IMG/VR virus record: IMGVR_UViG_3300044806_000061
Location: 1 to 57,714 of that record
From: a virus
Lineage: Duplodnaviria; Caudoviricetes
Length of the DNA: 57,714 nucleotides
Strand: one strand, 5' to 3'
The position numbers were made by a program, and so were the translations under genes. The number at the start of each line of letters is the position of its first letter. Positions within the stretch are counted from its first letter, which is position 1. The notes beneath the pieces are model-generated. The model was given only the letters and a program-made list of their open reading frames with translations, ran no database searches and was not told the DNA's origin. Shown piece after piece: positions 1-8,165 of this stretch.

Positions 1-246
1 CGCAGGGTCATAGACCAATGAGCCATCTTCCCTGTAGTTCTTCACGATCAGAGAGTAAACCTTGTAGAACTCAGGCAGTACATTCCTAACATCCTTCTCA
101 GGTATGGCGCCGTACCAAAGAAGCTCCGCAAATACTTTGCCGTTGTCGAACCGCCTAACCTTGACATAGCTCTCATCTTTAGCAAGGGCATGCCATTGTG
201 TTTGCGTGATTGGCATCCCTTCCCTGTCGATGTGTTTATTCGCCAT
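1..246 (-). CDS. hypothetical protein, runs off the window edge (MANKHIDREGMP...)
   Basis: ATG at 246 overlapping the end of the upstream gene; frame open to position 1. Confidence 0.55.
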   Translation of the reverse strand, partial: MANKHIDREGMPITQTQWHALAKDESYVKVRRFDNGKVFAELLWYGAIPEKDVRNVLPEFYKVYSLIVKNYREDGSLVYDPA

Positions 247-580
247 TTTTCTTCTTCGCCTCCTGAGCCTGTAGCCAATCTTCGTAGACCGCTTCCATGT
301 AAACCATGTTGTCCACCATCTCCTCAAGAACCTCTGCGTCCAACATGATCTGCATATCGGGGTACGAAGCGAGCTGGAGACAGATTGCAGGCCGCTTGCC
401 GAACTGGGGTCGTATCCGAACATCCATCGTCATGTAGGCTTTTCCGTTTGGCGCCAGAATGTGAAGAGGGTCGGTGATGAAAACATCTTCCATGTACGCC
501 TCTTCTTTCGGTGCCTTCGGATCGCCAACGCCTAGCTTCTTCATCAATCCTTGAAAGACAATCTCACTGGACTTGCTCAT
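236..580 (-). CDS. hypothetical protein (MSKSSEIVFQG...)
   Basis: 3' part of ORF 236..823; ATGA overlap at 577-580 with the upstream gene. Confidence 0.6.
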   Translation of the reverse strand: MSKSSEIVFQGLMKKLGVGDPKAPKEEAYMEDVFITDPLHILAPNGKAYMTMDVRIRPQFGKRPAICLQLASYPDMQIMLDAEVLEEMVDNMVYMEAVYEDWLQAQEAKKKNGE

Positions 581-708
581 ACTAAATGCCAGCCCAACAT
601 GAATAGGACGTAGTACATCTTCATAGTAAATCCGACAACCGCTACTGTTACTGCGGAGAGGACAACTAAGACTGTCCAACCACACGCCTGAGTTAAGAAA
701 TCGTTCAT
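577..708 (-). CDS. small membrane protein, 43 aa (MNDFLTQACGWTVLVVL...)
   Basis: hand translation; hydrophobic; stop overlaps next start. Confidence 0.5.
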   Translation of the reverse strand: MNDFLTQACGWTVLVVLSAVTVAVVGFTMKMYYVLFMLGWHLV

Positions 709-716
709 GATTGTTC

Positions 717-1205
717 CTATGTATTAAGTTCGGGAAGTTTGTATTCAAACCAAGCGGGCGCATCCCTGTTCGTCCACTTGGCGATTGATGCTTTTGCGTT
801 GATGTAGTAAGTCCGATAAGCAATCACTACATCCTCGTTGCGATACTCTTCAGGCATGGCCTGAGCGAACTCCGTCCGACCGATCACGGGAATGCCTGGC
901 GGTAGAGCGTGAAGCTCGCCACGAAGCAATGCTTCCGTCTTGTGCGTCCGCTTGTAGCGGTGGGTGTACTCATCACACAATGCCAATCCATGCTTGAGTA
1001 GCCATGCATAATTCTGTGCTGACTTACTTGCCCAAACAGTGCAAGGGTGATGGGCGTGAGTCGCCTTGTAAGTTGTCGGAACGCCATACGCCTGGAGAAC
1101 TGTCGAGAGCATCTGGGCAGTCTCGAGGATCATCTTCACTACATGAGTATCAGCCAATGATTGCGCTGAAATCACGGGGTTCCGATGGACTACAAAGATG
1201 TTCAT
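717..1205 (-). CDS. pyrimidine dimer DNA glycosylase / endonuclease V-like family protein
   Basis: MNIF...HVVKMILETAQML...HPCTVWA...NYAWL...EYTHRY..H motifs typical of this phage family. Confidence 0.7.
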   Translation of the reverse strand: MNIFVVHRNPVISAQSLADTHVVKMILETAQMLSTVLQAYGVPTTYKATHAHHPCTVWASKSAQNYAWLLKHGLALCDEYTHRYKRTHKTEALLRGELHALPPGIPVIGRTEFAQAMPEEYRNEDVVIAYRTYYINAKASIAKWTNRDAPAWFEYKLPELNT

Positions 1206-1510
1206 GGGCGATTGAGCAGTCGGCGTGCTCGAAGAACGGCATCAGGTGGGTCACACTCCATGCCCTCCTCGTACTCGTTCAGTAGTTGAGCCAGGCAGTC
1301 TTTGAGGGCGTTGTACGAAGCGCCTGTACTGCCATCAATGAACCCAGCCCAACCGACACGATTGCCGTTGGTGTCATGAAGTTGCGGGATCTCGAGAATG
1401 CCTAGCTCCAGATCGCTTGCTACTTCATTCAAGATACCAGCGACTTCATAGCCCAAGTTGTCATCCTCGAACGCCTCGTTCTCACATTCAATATCCACGA
1501 TAAATCTCAT
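1202..1510 (-). CDS. hypothetical protein
   Basis: ORF with RBS, downstream of predicted promoter 1547-1575. Confidence 0.6.
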   Translation of the reverse strand: MRFIVDIECENEAFEDDNLGYEVAGILNEVASDLELGILEIPQLHDTNGNRVGWAGFIDGSTGASYNALKDCLAQLLNEYEEGMECDPPDAVLRARRLLNRP

Positions 1511-1546
1511 ATTCTTCCCCTTTGCAAATAAGTTGCTACTGAGTTA

Positions 1547-1575
1547 AGTGTATAGACCGATTACAGGAATAGCTA
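1547..1575 (-). promoter_or_regulatory. sigma70-type promoter with CCTGTA spacer element
   Basis: TAGCTA-TT-CCTGTA-N9-TACACT, 17-bp spacer. Confidence 0.5.
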
Positions 1576-1986
1576 GTGAACTATCACATTCTCCTTAGCT
1601 TCTTGCAGGAGCTTTAATTTCTGTACTGTGTCCACTTTGACTGCGATATAACCTGTGTCCCTAAGCATGTTGTCCAGCTCTGCCTCGATCTCTTTATCGG
1701 TCAAAGGCAGTGTCTCGATCTTGGAGATTCTACGACCCTGAGCCCTACCGATCAGACCGCCGAAGATCGACAATGCCAAATAACTCACAGTTACGAAGAT
1801 GGACTTGATGAACGGCCAAATGATGTTGGCGGCAAGTATGTAGGGCAGATTCCAGATGGGGGAAACGATACCGACCACTAGGGACTGAATGTAGTTGGGA
1901 TTACGCTCAGATAGAACTAACTCCTTTGGCATCGGTAGCCATACCTTTTCAAAGTCCAAGCGTGTTTTGATTACTTTTATGCTCAT
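1573..1986 (-). CDS. membrane protein, hypothetical
   Basis: ORF with central hydrophobic segments. Confidence 0.55.
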   Translation of the reverse strand: MSIKVIKTRLDFEKVWLPMPKELVLSERNPNYIQSLVVGIVSPIWNLPYILAANIIWPFIKSIFVTVSYLALSIFGGLIGRAQGRRISKIETLPLTDKEIEAELDNMLRDTGYIAVKVDTVQKLKLLQEAKENVIVH

Positions 1987-2561
1987 TGATTCTCCTTAGT
2001 TGTATGATGATCCACTTCATTATAGATTCTGCCTTGCATCCATTCGTTGATCTCATCGACGCTGTAGGGTTTCAAGTCATTCGTATCCGCGCCCACATCC
2101 TTGAGTCGCATACCTTCATGCGGGTGCTTCAGCGTTCCATGACAATGACCATGCAACATCCATGAGCCGTAGTGTGCTTTATTCCAAGTCAGCATCGGGT
2201 AGTGGCACATCACAACGCTTGCCGTGTCCTGACCGACTATCTGAACCTTGATTTCTTTGTAGGCTGTGACCGACTCAAACAAGGCTCGTATCTCATCTTT
2301 ACCCATCAATGCCTTGTCATGGTTGCCCGTGATCCAATGTTTCTTGCCGTTCAGCCGTTTGACGATGGCGACAGTCTTAGCCAGGCCGTAGAACGACAGG
2401 TCGCCAAGAACATAGATCGTATCCTCAGTACTGACTGACTCGTTCCAGCGAGAAATCAGCCCTTCATCCATCTCTTCGACTGATTCGAATGGACGACTGC
2501 AATGCTTCAGAATGCCTCTGTGACCAAAGTGAAGATCGGAGGTGAAAAAGGTTTTACTCAT
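1983..2561 (-). CDS. calcineurin-like metallophosphoesterase
   Basis: SDLHFGH, LGD, GNHD, CHYP, HGHCH motifs; start moved to MSKTFF. Confidence 0.9.
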   Translation of the reverse strand: MSKTFFTSDLHFGHRGILKHCSRPFESVEEMDEGLISRWNESVSTEDTIYVLGDLSFYGLAKTVAIVKRLNGKKHWITGNHDKALMGKDEIRALFESVTAYKEIKVQIVGQDTASVVMCHYPMLTWNKAHYGSWMLHGHCHGTLKHPHEGMRLKDVGADTNDLKPYSVDEINEWMQGRIYNEVDHHTTKENQ

Positions 2562-2685
2562 TGAATGGATTGCCTTGAAAGTGCTTTCGGATGAAGGTGT
2601 ACACATACTCTTTAACCCTGTACCAAACGCCGATGAGAAGCCAGGGGCCGACGCAGACCGCAGTTAGGATGATTAGCTCTTTCAT
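2554..2685 (-). CDS. small membrane protein, 43 aa (MKELIILTAVC...)
   Basis: hand translation; overlaps both neighbours. Confidence 0.5.
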   Translation of the reverse strand: MKELIILTAVCVGPWLLIGVWYRVKEYVYTFIRKHFQGNPFNE

Positions 2686-2936
2686 ATCTTCCTCAAAGGT
2701 GCCATTGGAATCACTGTAAACCCTTTAATCTTTGGCCAACCCTGAAACTTCCACCAGGGAGCCTTCTCTACTTCGTAATGCTCAAGGAAGTTCTTGAAGG
2801 TTAACCATCTGTCACAAACCTTAATTCCCCTACCGCCGTAATTCTCATACGATTTGCTTTTAGGATTAGTGCAACGCTGTATCATTCCTTGCCACCTATT
2901 ATAGGTAGGGTATGTTGTATAGGTGGAAGATCGCAT
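2682..2936 (-). pseudogene. truncated HNH homing endonuclease remnant fused to an unrelated tail
   Basis: WQGMIQRCTNP..YENYGGRGIKVCDRW..F..F matches intact HNH 35668..36300 but the SLDRID..GY...NCRW catalytic part is absent. Confidence 0.65.
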
Positions 2937-3511
2937 TATTTGTAGCAATTCTCGTGTTCGCCAATTTCCTTGCACGAATCTGGCAGTTTGAAAAAGCCAC
3001 GATCTAGCGCCGCAAAGAAACATTGCATAGTTACCGCCACGTCATATTCAGCTCCGTGAGCCTTCGCCTGGTCGTACTCAACGCCTAGACTCCAGCACAG
3101 CTCAGACAGCTTCGGGTACTTGCCATCGGGACATGCCCAGCGTGCATCTTCTTTCGTACAGAAGGAGCTGATGTTTGGTACTTCCAGCCCTGCCCTCATC
3201 AATTCACCAGCGAGGAAGGGACCATCAAAGCCCATGTTGTGAGCGATCAGCAGATCGCCCTGACTCATGTAATCAGCGATAGTCGGCGCCACTTCATCCC
3301 ATTTGGGACAACCCACTAGGTCGTCATAGGCGATGCCGTGAACCGCTTGTGCTTTGGGATCAATCGCTCGTTCGGGGTCGATCCGCTCGATATACATCCC
3401 AATCATCTTCCGTGTATTGAGGTCGTAGGTCAGCATGGCGATCTCGATGATCCTGTGACCGTCTTCCTGTTGAAGACCCGTAGTCTCCAAGTCCAGTCCA
3501 ATCAGTTTCAA
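2936..3511 (-). CDS. DEDDh 3'-5' exonuclease (DnaQ/epsilon-like)
   Basis: LDLETTG, AHNMGFD, AHGAEYD motifs; TTG start after GGAG. Confidence 0.9.
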   Translation of the reverse strand: MKLIGLDLETTGLQQEDGHRIIEIAMLTYDLNTRKMIGMYIERIDPERAIDPKAQAVHGIAYDDLVGCPKWDEVAPTIADYMSQGDLLIAHNMGFDGPFLAGELMRAGLEVPNISSFCTKEDARWACPDGKYPKLSELCWSLGVEYDQAKAHGAEYDVAVTMQCFFAALDRGFFKLPDSCKEIGEHENCYK

Positions 3512-3711
3512 GTGTTCTTCTCCACTTGTTCTTGCGACCACTCAGACTTTGTCCAACCTTCGTTGGAGACGAAGTATTCGCACTCGCCAAATTGATTCAG
3601 AGGCGCTCGGGTGAAGTAAGACTGTCGGTACTCATTTGCCACTGCCGTATAGCGGTGACAGTCAGGAGCACGCTCGCAACCTAAGCCTTTGCACATTGTG
3701 AGATCCGCCAT
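3508..3711 (-). CDS. small Cys-rich hypothetical protein (MADLTMC...)
   Basis: ORF with five Cys. Confidence 0.65.
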   Translation of the reverse strand: MADLTMCKGLGCERAPDCHRYTAVANEYRQSYFTRAPLNQFGECEYFVSNEGWTKSEWSQEQVEKNT

Positions 3712-3741
3712 ATCATCTACCTTTCATTCACTAATGACTTA

Positions 3742-4017
3742 TTATGACGCTCGATTATAGGGGTGACCAGCTTGCACGCAGGGGGATTTCATCGAGCCCT
3801 CGTCAGAAGTCATTTTCAAAGCCTCTTTAGCCCACCGAATATGATCTTCACACTGCCATTTAATTTTGTCGTGGCTCAGTTCGATTCGTTCGTTGGCAAT
3901 GGATTGAATCACCTGTTCATACTTGTCCAATTTAACCTGTTGCTGGCGTATGATTTCTTCTGACTCTTCTCGCCCATCTGCAACCCCTTCTTCATATTCA
4001 CTTAATCCAATTTTCAT
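3742..4017 (-). CDS. cassette-array small protein
   Basis: start lies inside junction repeat 4014-4030. Confidence 0.65.
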   Translation of the reverse strand: MKIGLSEYEEGVADGREESEEIIRQQQVKLDKYEQVIQSIANERIELSHDKIKWQCEDHIRWAKEALKMTSDEGSMKSPCVQAGHPYNRAS

Positions 4018-4427
4018 TTCTCTTGTGCCTCATCCAATAAAAATTTAGCAGTAATTAAACAAACCCAAGATTCTTCGTCATAGTGATATTCCCTACAAGG
4101 GCAACCAATAAATTCTTCTTTGTCTAAATTACAAAATTGCGTTTTTTCAACTTCAATCAAAAGACCTGTTTTTACGGCTAAATCTTGTAATTCATCCCAA
4201 TTACCAATACAATCGTCTCCATGTGCAATTATTGGTTTGACAAATGCTTTCAAGGCTTCATTTTCAGCTTGTAGCTGGCGAAGCATTTCGGCTGCCTCGT
4301 GCGACAAGCGGCCAACTGGATAATGTGTAGAGCTATGCTTTTCTTCGACCCAAAACCTTGCATCTTTTGGCACTCTCTCAAGCAGCTCAACTAAAGGCAC
4401 TTCGTAAACTTGTTGATTTGCGTTCAT
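4014..4427 (-). CDS. cassette-array protein (MNAN...MLRQLQAENEALK...EAQEK)
   Basis: ORF bounded by junction repeats. Confidence 0.75.
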   Translation of the reverse strand: MNANQQVYEVPLVELLERVPKDARFWVEEKHSSTHYPVGRLSHEAAEMLRQLQAENEALKAFVKPIIAHGDDCIGNWDELQDLAVKTGLLIEVEKTQFCNLDKEEFIGCPCREYHYDEESWVCLITAKFLLDEAQEK

Positions 4428-4639
4428 TTCTCACTTGCCTTTCTTAGTTCATCCTTTAGCTGGTTGTTTTCTGTAATGAGTTCTTTTAGCCAAAGTTCCA
4501 TTACATACCAACAATCTCCATCGTAGTTAGGGTCACCATTAAACTCGGTTTTATTTTCTTCTTCGAACTTCTTAACAAGCTGGCAGTATTTTTCGTAGTC
4601 GATGTCATAACAAGCGTATTTATATGCGTAATGTGCCAT
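4424..4639 (-). CDS. cassette-array protein (MAHYAYKY...LRKASEK)
   Basis: ATG at 4639 just after a repeat; ends in repeat. Confidence 0.7.
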   Translation of the reverse strand: MAHYAYKYACYDIDYEKYCQLVKKFEEENKTEFNGDPNYDGDCWYVMELWLKELITENNQLKDELRKASEK

Positions 4640-4658
4640 TATTTCTATTGTGCCTTTC

Positions 4659-4763
4659 TTAGTAACAACTATGAGCAACTGCAATTTTACCGCTAGAAAC
4701 CATTACGATAATGAGTAACATACCCACCATAAAACCAATCCAAAACCAATAGTTTTTATTCAT
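4659..4763 (-). CDS. cassette-array micro-protein, 34 aa, hydrophobic (MNKNYWFWIGFMVGMLLII...)
   Basis: hand translation; starts in one repeat, stops at the TAA of the next. Confidence 0.55.
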   Translation of the reverse strand: MNKNYWFWIGFMVGMLLIIVMVSSGKIAVAHSCY

Positions 4764-4852
4764 TTCTCACTTGCCTTTCTTAACCAACGCCAAATACACC
4801 CAAAACCAAGTCCATCAACAAATCCATTTAAAAATGCTTTTATTCTGTTCAT
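4760..4852 (-). CDS. cassette-array micro-protein, 30 aa (MNRIKAFLNGFVDGLGFGCIWRWLRKASEK)
   Basis: hand translation; exactly spans two repeats. Confidence 0.6.
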   Translation of the reverse strand: MNRIKAFLNGFVDGLGFGCIWRWLRKASEK

Positions 4853-5106
4853 TTCTCACTTGCCTTTCTTAGTATTGCTCTAATCTGCTTTAAACAATGG
4901 TGTGCCTTATAACTATTCCATTCGCTTTTAGGAATCAACAGTTCTTCCAAAATTTCCTCATCTGTTAGTTCTTTTACTGGATGAATATAGAGTGGAATCC
5001 AATCCTTTATTTGCCAATCAGGATAATCGCCTGTGTTCCAAATAAAGTTGTCATCGCAATCGGTCATCTTTACATCAATAATCCACGCTACTGGTTCTTT
5101 TTTCAT
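4849..5106 (-). CDS. cassette-array protein (EPVAW...HPVKELTDEE...ILRKASEK)
   Basis: ORF; paralogous blocks with 5111..5353. Confidence 0.75.
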   Translation of the reverse strand: MKKEPVAWIIDVKMTDCDDNFIWNTGDYPDWQIKDWIPLYIHPVKELTDEEILEELLIPKSEWNSYKAHHCLKQIRAILRKASEK

Positions 5107-5110
5107 TTTT

Positions 5111-5353
5111 TCATTTCTCTTGTGCCTTTCTTAATATTGAATCTGCAAATCGAATCATGTCTGCTCTTAAATCAGGGTTTCTCGCAAGGTTTGTAAATAC
5201 TTCCCACTTTTCCTCATCTGTTAGTTCTACTGGATGGGTATAGAGTTTTGTTCCTACTGGTGGATAGTTATCTACAAGCCATTTCACTCGCAAACTACTA
5301 GCATCGCCTACTGCCATCTGCTCTAAAACTAATTCCGCTACTGGTTTGTTCAT
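5111..5353 (-). CDS. cassette-array protein (KPVAE...HPVELTDEE...ILRKAQEK)
   Basis: ORF; paralogous blocks with 4849..5106. Confidence 0.75.
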   Translation of the reverse strand: MNKPVAELVLEQMAVGDASSLRVKWLVDNYPPVGTKLYTHPVELTDEEKWEVFTNLARNPDLRADMIRFADSILRKAQEK

Positions 5354-5568
5354 TTTTTACTCCATCCGTTTAATGACTCTTTCCATTCTTCCCATTGTTT
5401 TACCTCAGCTTTCAGTGCTTCTATTTGAAGTTCTTGTTGCTTAATAATGCTTTCAGCCAGCCCAAACTGGCGAAGCACGGCTTCAGCATCATTTAATACC
5501 TGACCATCGACCAGCGATAAGAAATATCTAACCAGTTTTAATTTGTCAGCTAGTTCATTTGCGTTCAT
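5350..5568 (-). CDS. cassette-array protein (MNANELAD...QIEALK)
   Basis: ATG within repeat 5565-5587. Confidence 0.7.
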   Translation of the reverse strand: MNANELADKLKLVRYFLSLVDGQVLNDAEAVLRQFGLAESIIKQQELQIEALKAEVKQWEEWKESLNGWSKK

Positions 5569-5584
5569 TTTTCCTGTGCCTTTC

Positions 5585-5746
5585 TTATTTCCAATCAAGT
5601 GCATCTAACTTTCCAATAAGCACCAGCCAAGCGTATTTGATTCTTTTAAAAGACCAAAATAACTTGGGTCTCGCTGGAATCCAAGTTTTTCCATCAACGC
5701 TACTAGATACATCCCAGTTTTTTATTTGTTGTGTTGTATATTTCAT
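5585..5746 (-). CDS. cassette-array small protein, 53 aa (MKYTTQQIKNW...WIPARP...)
   Basis: hand translation; starts in one repeat, stops at the TAA of the next. Confidence 0.65.
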   Translation of the reverse strand: MKYTTQQIKNWDVSSSVDGKTWIPARPKLFWSFKRIKYAWLVLIGKLDALDWK

Positions 5747-5982
5747 TTTTCACTTGCCTTTCTTAATGCAGAATCATTTAACAACTGTTTTAAAGATTCA
5801 ATATGGCTATCTTTATTTGCCATAGCCTTAATGAATTTATAGTTATCGTTTGATAGTCTTTCAATTTCAGCTTGTTGCTGGCGTAGCATGTCGGAGGCTT
5901 GTTCAGCCCAGTCATTTAGGCTTTGTTGTGATGCCTGTACATCAAGGTCATGTAATTCATCAGCTAGTTCATTTGCGTTCAT
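5743..5982 (-). CDS. cassette-array protein (MNANELAD...MLRQQQAEIE...LRKASEK)
   Basis: ORF bounded by repeats. Confidence 0.75.
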   Translation of the reverse strand: MNANELADELHDLDVQASQQSLNDWAEQASDMLRQQQAEIERLSNDNYKFIKAMANKDSHIESLKQLLNDSALRKASEK

Positions 5983-6322
5983 TTTCACTTGCCTTTCTTA
6001 GTATTGCTTCAATGACTTGTACAACATAATTTGCTGGTATATTTTCATACCCCAAATATTCACCATCCATTCCATGATGCTCATGGTAAAACTCACCATC
6101 TTCGCCCATTGCTGGAATGCTTTTAAATGCTTCATTGATAATTGCTTTCAACGCCTCTATTTCAGCTTGTTGCTCGTTCCAGTTAGCTAACCATTCCAAG
6201 TTTTTAGTTGTTAAGCGTTCTATTTCAGCTTGTTGCTGGCGTAGCATGGTGGCGGCTTCTTTGTTTAGCCCCATGATGGGAGCATCAAATTCAATTAAAT
6301 CTGCCAATTCATCTGCGTTCAT
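5969..6322 (-). CDS. cassette-array protein (MNADELAD...MLRQQQAEIE...ILRKASENERK)
   Basis: start moved to MNADEL; a 1-nt-shorter repeat extends the C-terminus. Confidence 0.75.
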   Translation of the reverse strand: MNADELADLIEFDAPIMGLNKEAATMLRQQQAEIERLTTKNLEWLANWNEQQAEIEALKAIINEAFKSIPAMGEDGEFYHEHHGMDGEYLGYENIPANYVVQVIEAILRKASENERK

Positions 6323-6482
6323 ATTGTTCTTTCTCCGTTGGCCTTGCCCCGTATTCAGCATAGTGTTTGGCACATAGGCAACCATAAGCAATAGCGGGCT
6401 CACACTCTCTCGTTTCCGTGTCCCACTCGCAAAAGTAGCCATCGTGTTCGTACTCACATCCACAAGTTAAGATAAATGTCAT
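6309..6482 (-). CDS. small Cys-rich protein, 57 aa (MTFILTCGC...CLCAKH)
   Basis: hand translation; ATGA overlap with upstream stop. Confidence 0.6.
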   Translation of the reverse strand: MTFILTCGCEYEHDGYFCEWDTETRECEPAIAYGCLCAKHYAEYGARPTEKEQYERR

Positions 6483-6697
6483 TGTTCTCTAGCCTTTATT
6501 CTTCCCTGCTCTAGCCAAATACCAATGGCATTGTTGGTCGTTATTGTTTCTGCCTGCTCCCCATCTTTCCAGATAAAGATGATGTTTCTTCCGTCGAAAC
6601 CAATGTGTCCATCGGCTGAGGTTAGGATTGCGTCGTAGTGATCCTGAGCGGAAAGGAAAGCCAGAACTACAGAGTTCAGGATGTCGTACTCTTTCAT
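6479..6697 (-). CDS. hypothetical protein
   Basis: ORF with ATGA overlaps. Confidence 0.6.
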   Translation of the reverse strand: MKEYDILNSVVLAFLSAQDHYDAILTSADGHIGFDGRNIIFIWKDGEQAETITTNNAIGIWLEQGRIKAREQ

Positions 6698-6870
6698 TTC
6701 TCTTGCTCCTCTTTCAACTGGATCAATGCATCAATCAGCATGGGCAGAATCTTCTTGTCCATTGCGATGTGTGTGCCGTGAGGCAATGCCGCAAGATGGA
6801 GTCGAAGCCAGTTATCCTGTATATCGACCCCAGCGTACATATCCCCGTTTGGCTTGTTAATCGAAATCAT
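6694..6870 (-). CDS. hypothetical protein, 58 aa (MISINKPNG...EEQEK)
   Basis: hand translation; ATGA overlaps at both ends. Confidence 0.6.
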   Translation of the reverse strand: MISINKPNGDMYAGVDIQDNWLRLHLAALPHGTHIAMDKKILPMLIDALIQLKEEQEK

Positions 6871-7196
6871 TTCTGATTGGCGTTGTACTGTGCATTGGCG
6901 TTCTGCCTGTTGTAAATGCTATTGGAGTTACCCCCGTTCACAGCATTGTTACAGGCAACATAGCCATAGCAATTCACATCGGCTCGAGGCGGTGTAGTAA
7001 TGTCCTTATAGAACTGATCCCTGGCGATACTTGCACCATAGGTATCCCTTGAACCACCACCGCCACCTCCACGACCTCCCCCTCCTCCGCTGTACGGCAG
7101 AGGATCGGGATCGCCATAGCAATCGCTGTAGCCACACGCTGTCGCCTGACCTGAGATCAGGGTGAGCACAAGGGCGAACGCTGTGATGGCTTTCAT
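6867..7196 (-). CDS. exported Gly-rich protein
   Basis: N-terminal signal-peptide-like segment; poly-Gly tract. Confidence 0.6.
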   Translation of the reverse strand: MKAITAFALVLTLISGQATACGYSDCYGDPDPLPYSGGGGGRGGGGGGSRDTYGASIARDQFYKDITTPPRADVNCYGYVACNNAVNGGNSNSIYNRQNANAQYNANQK

Positions 7197-7705
7197 GCTG
7201 GCACCGCCTCTTTATCCTTTGGCCAGCCCATACTCATGAGGTCAGCAACAAGGTTGGCGATGACAGGAACGGTACGATCCACAGGGGATTCAGCTTCGGG
7301 CAGATACTTCGAGAACTCAGGCAACGCCTTACGAACTTGAACATCCGTCGTGCATGATCGAATTACGCCATTCAGCTTGTCACGGAGATCCCGTCGAGCT
7401 TCGTTCTGAGCCTTCTGAAGTTCCTCGAGCTTGTCAAACTCTGCCTGTGCTTTCGCCGACAACTTGAGTCTTTCCTCATGGATATTAAAAACATACAGGC
7501 TACAAAACTCACGAAGCCAAAAGTGATTCATGTTGAGGTATTGTCTTAGCGTTTTATCTCGTGCGATCTTCTGCAACTTTTCAGGAAGTTGCTGAATGCT
7601 ATCCTCGAGAATCAAAGCATGAGCCTGAGATTCGTAGTCAACCTTTGGAACATCCTCCATAACGGCAAGAACAAACGCCTCTCGGTGGTATTTAGTTAGT
7701 TTCAT
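7193..7705 (-). CDS. conserved phage protein, possibly Nmad5 family
   Basis: MKLTKYHREAFVLAVMEDVPKVDY... and LPEFSKYLP resemble that family; from memory. Confidence 0.5.
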   Translation of the reverse strand: MKLTKYHREAFVLAVMEDVPKVDYESQAHALILEDSIQQLPEKLQKIARDKTLRQYLNMNHFWLREFCSLYVFNIHEERLKLSAKAQAEFDKLEELQKAQNEARRDLRDKLNGVIRSCTTDVQVRKALPEFSKYLPEAESPVDRTVPVIANLVADLMSMGWPKDKEAVPA

Positions 7706-7714
7706 ATTTTTCTC

Positions 7715-7870
7715 CTAATCAATTCGCATAGCGATATAAAAAGCAAAGTAAGCGGCGGCTTGTGGATAGTCTTCATTCCAAAGACACCACAGCGCCCATA
7801 CAATGAGATACAGGCTTGCGATAGCAATGATGAGACTGCCTATCTGTTTTAATAAAGGGCTGATAGTCAT
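7715..7870 (-). CDS. small membrane protein, 51 aa
   Basis: hand translation MTISPLLKQIGSLIIAIASLYLIVWALW... Confidence 0.5.
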   Translation of the reverse strand: MTISPLLKQIGSLIIAIASLYLIVWALWCLWNEDYPQAAAYFAFYIAMRID

Positions 7871-8097
7871 ACTGTCGCCTCCGAAGCCAAGCTGTAACGC
7901 ACATAGCGCACTGAGGCACCGAAGCGATTAACGCCTGTCTTTTTCTCGTGATGGATGATGTGCCCTGCACGCTCCAGCTCACCGATGCGTGCCGACAACT
8001 CGAAACACCCAAGATCCACAACTGCATCGGTTCGGGTGATCGGCTTCTCCTTGAGAAGTGCTAAGACCATTTCGGCCTGAGTCATTCGTTTACTCAT
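7867..8097 (-). CDS. winged helix-turn-helix protein
   Basis: TQ..MVL.LL...PIT..DA...LG..LSARI.EL...GH.I pattern. Confidence 0.7.
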   Translation of the reverse strand: MSKRMTQAEMVLALLKEKPITRTDAVVDLGCFELSARIGELERAGHIIHHEKKTGVNRFGASVRYVRYSLASEATV

Positions 8098-8116
8098 ATT
8101 TACTCTCCCTTATGTA

Positions 8117-8165
8117 AGTCATAACTGACTAAGTACAGAATACAGATCAAATACAGGACATGCAA
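8117..8165 (-). promoter_or_regulatory. promoter (TTGCAT-GT-CCTGTA-N9-TATTCT) with operator AGTCA-TAAC-TGACT downstream
   Basis: promoter 8137-8165, palindrome 8117-8130. Confidence 0.7.

Larger units (their letters stand above)
4014..6000 (-). repeat. dispersed direct junction repeat TAAGAAAGGCA(AGT/CAA)GAGAAATGA, 9 copies
   Basis: copies at 4014-4030 (partial), 4424-4446, 4637-4661, 4760-4782, 4849-4871, 5111-5133, 5565-5587, 5743-5765, 5979-6000; each at a gene boundary. Confidence 0.9.

Noticed and set aside
4014-6000. CRISPR array or integron attC array
   Set aside because: Spacing is long and irregular (about 90-450 bp), the intervals are ORFs, the repeat is non-palindromic and coding, and no cas or integrase gene is present.
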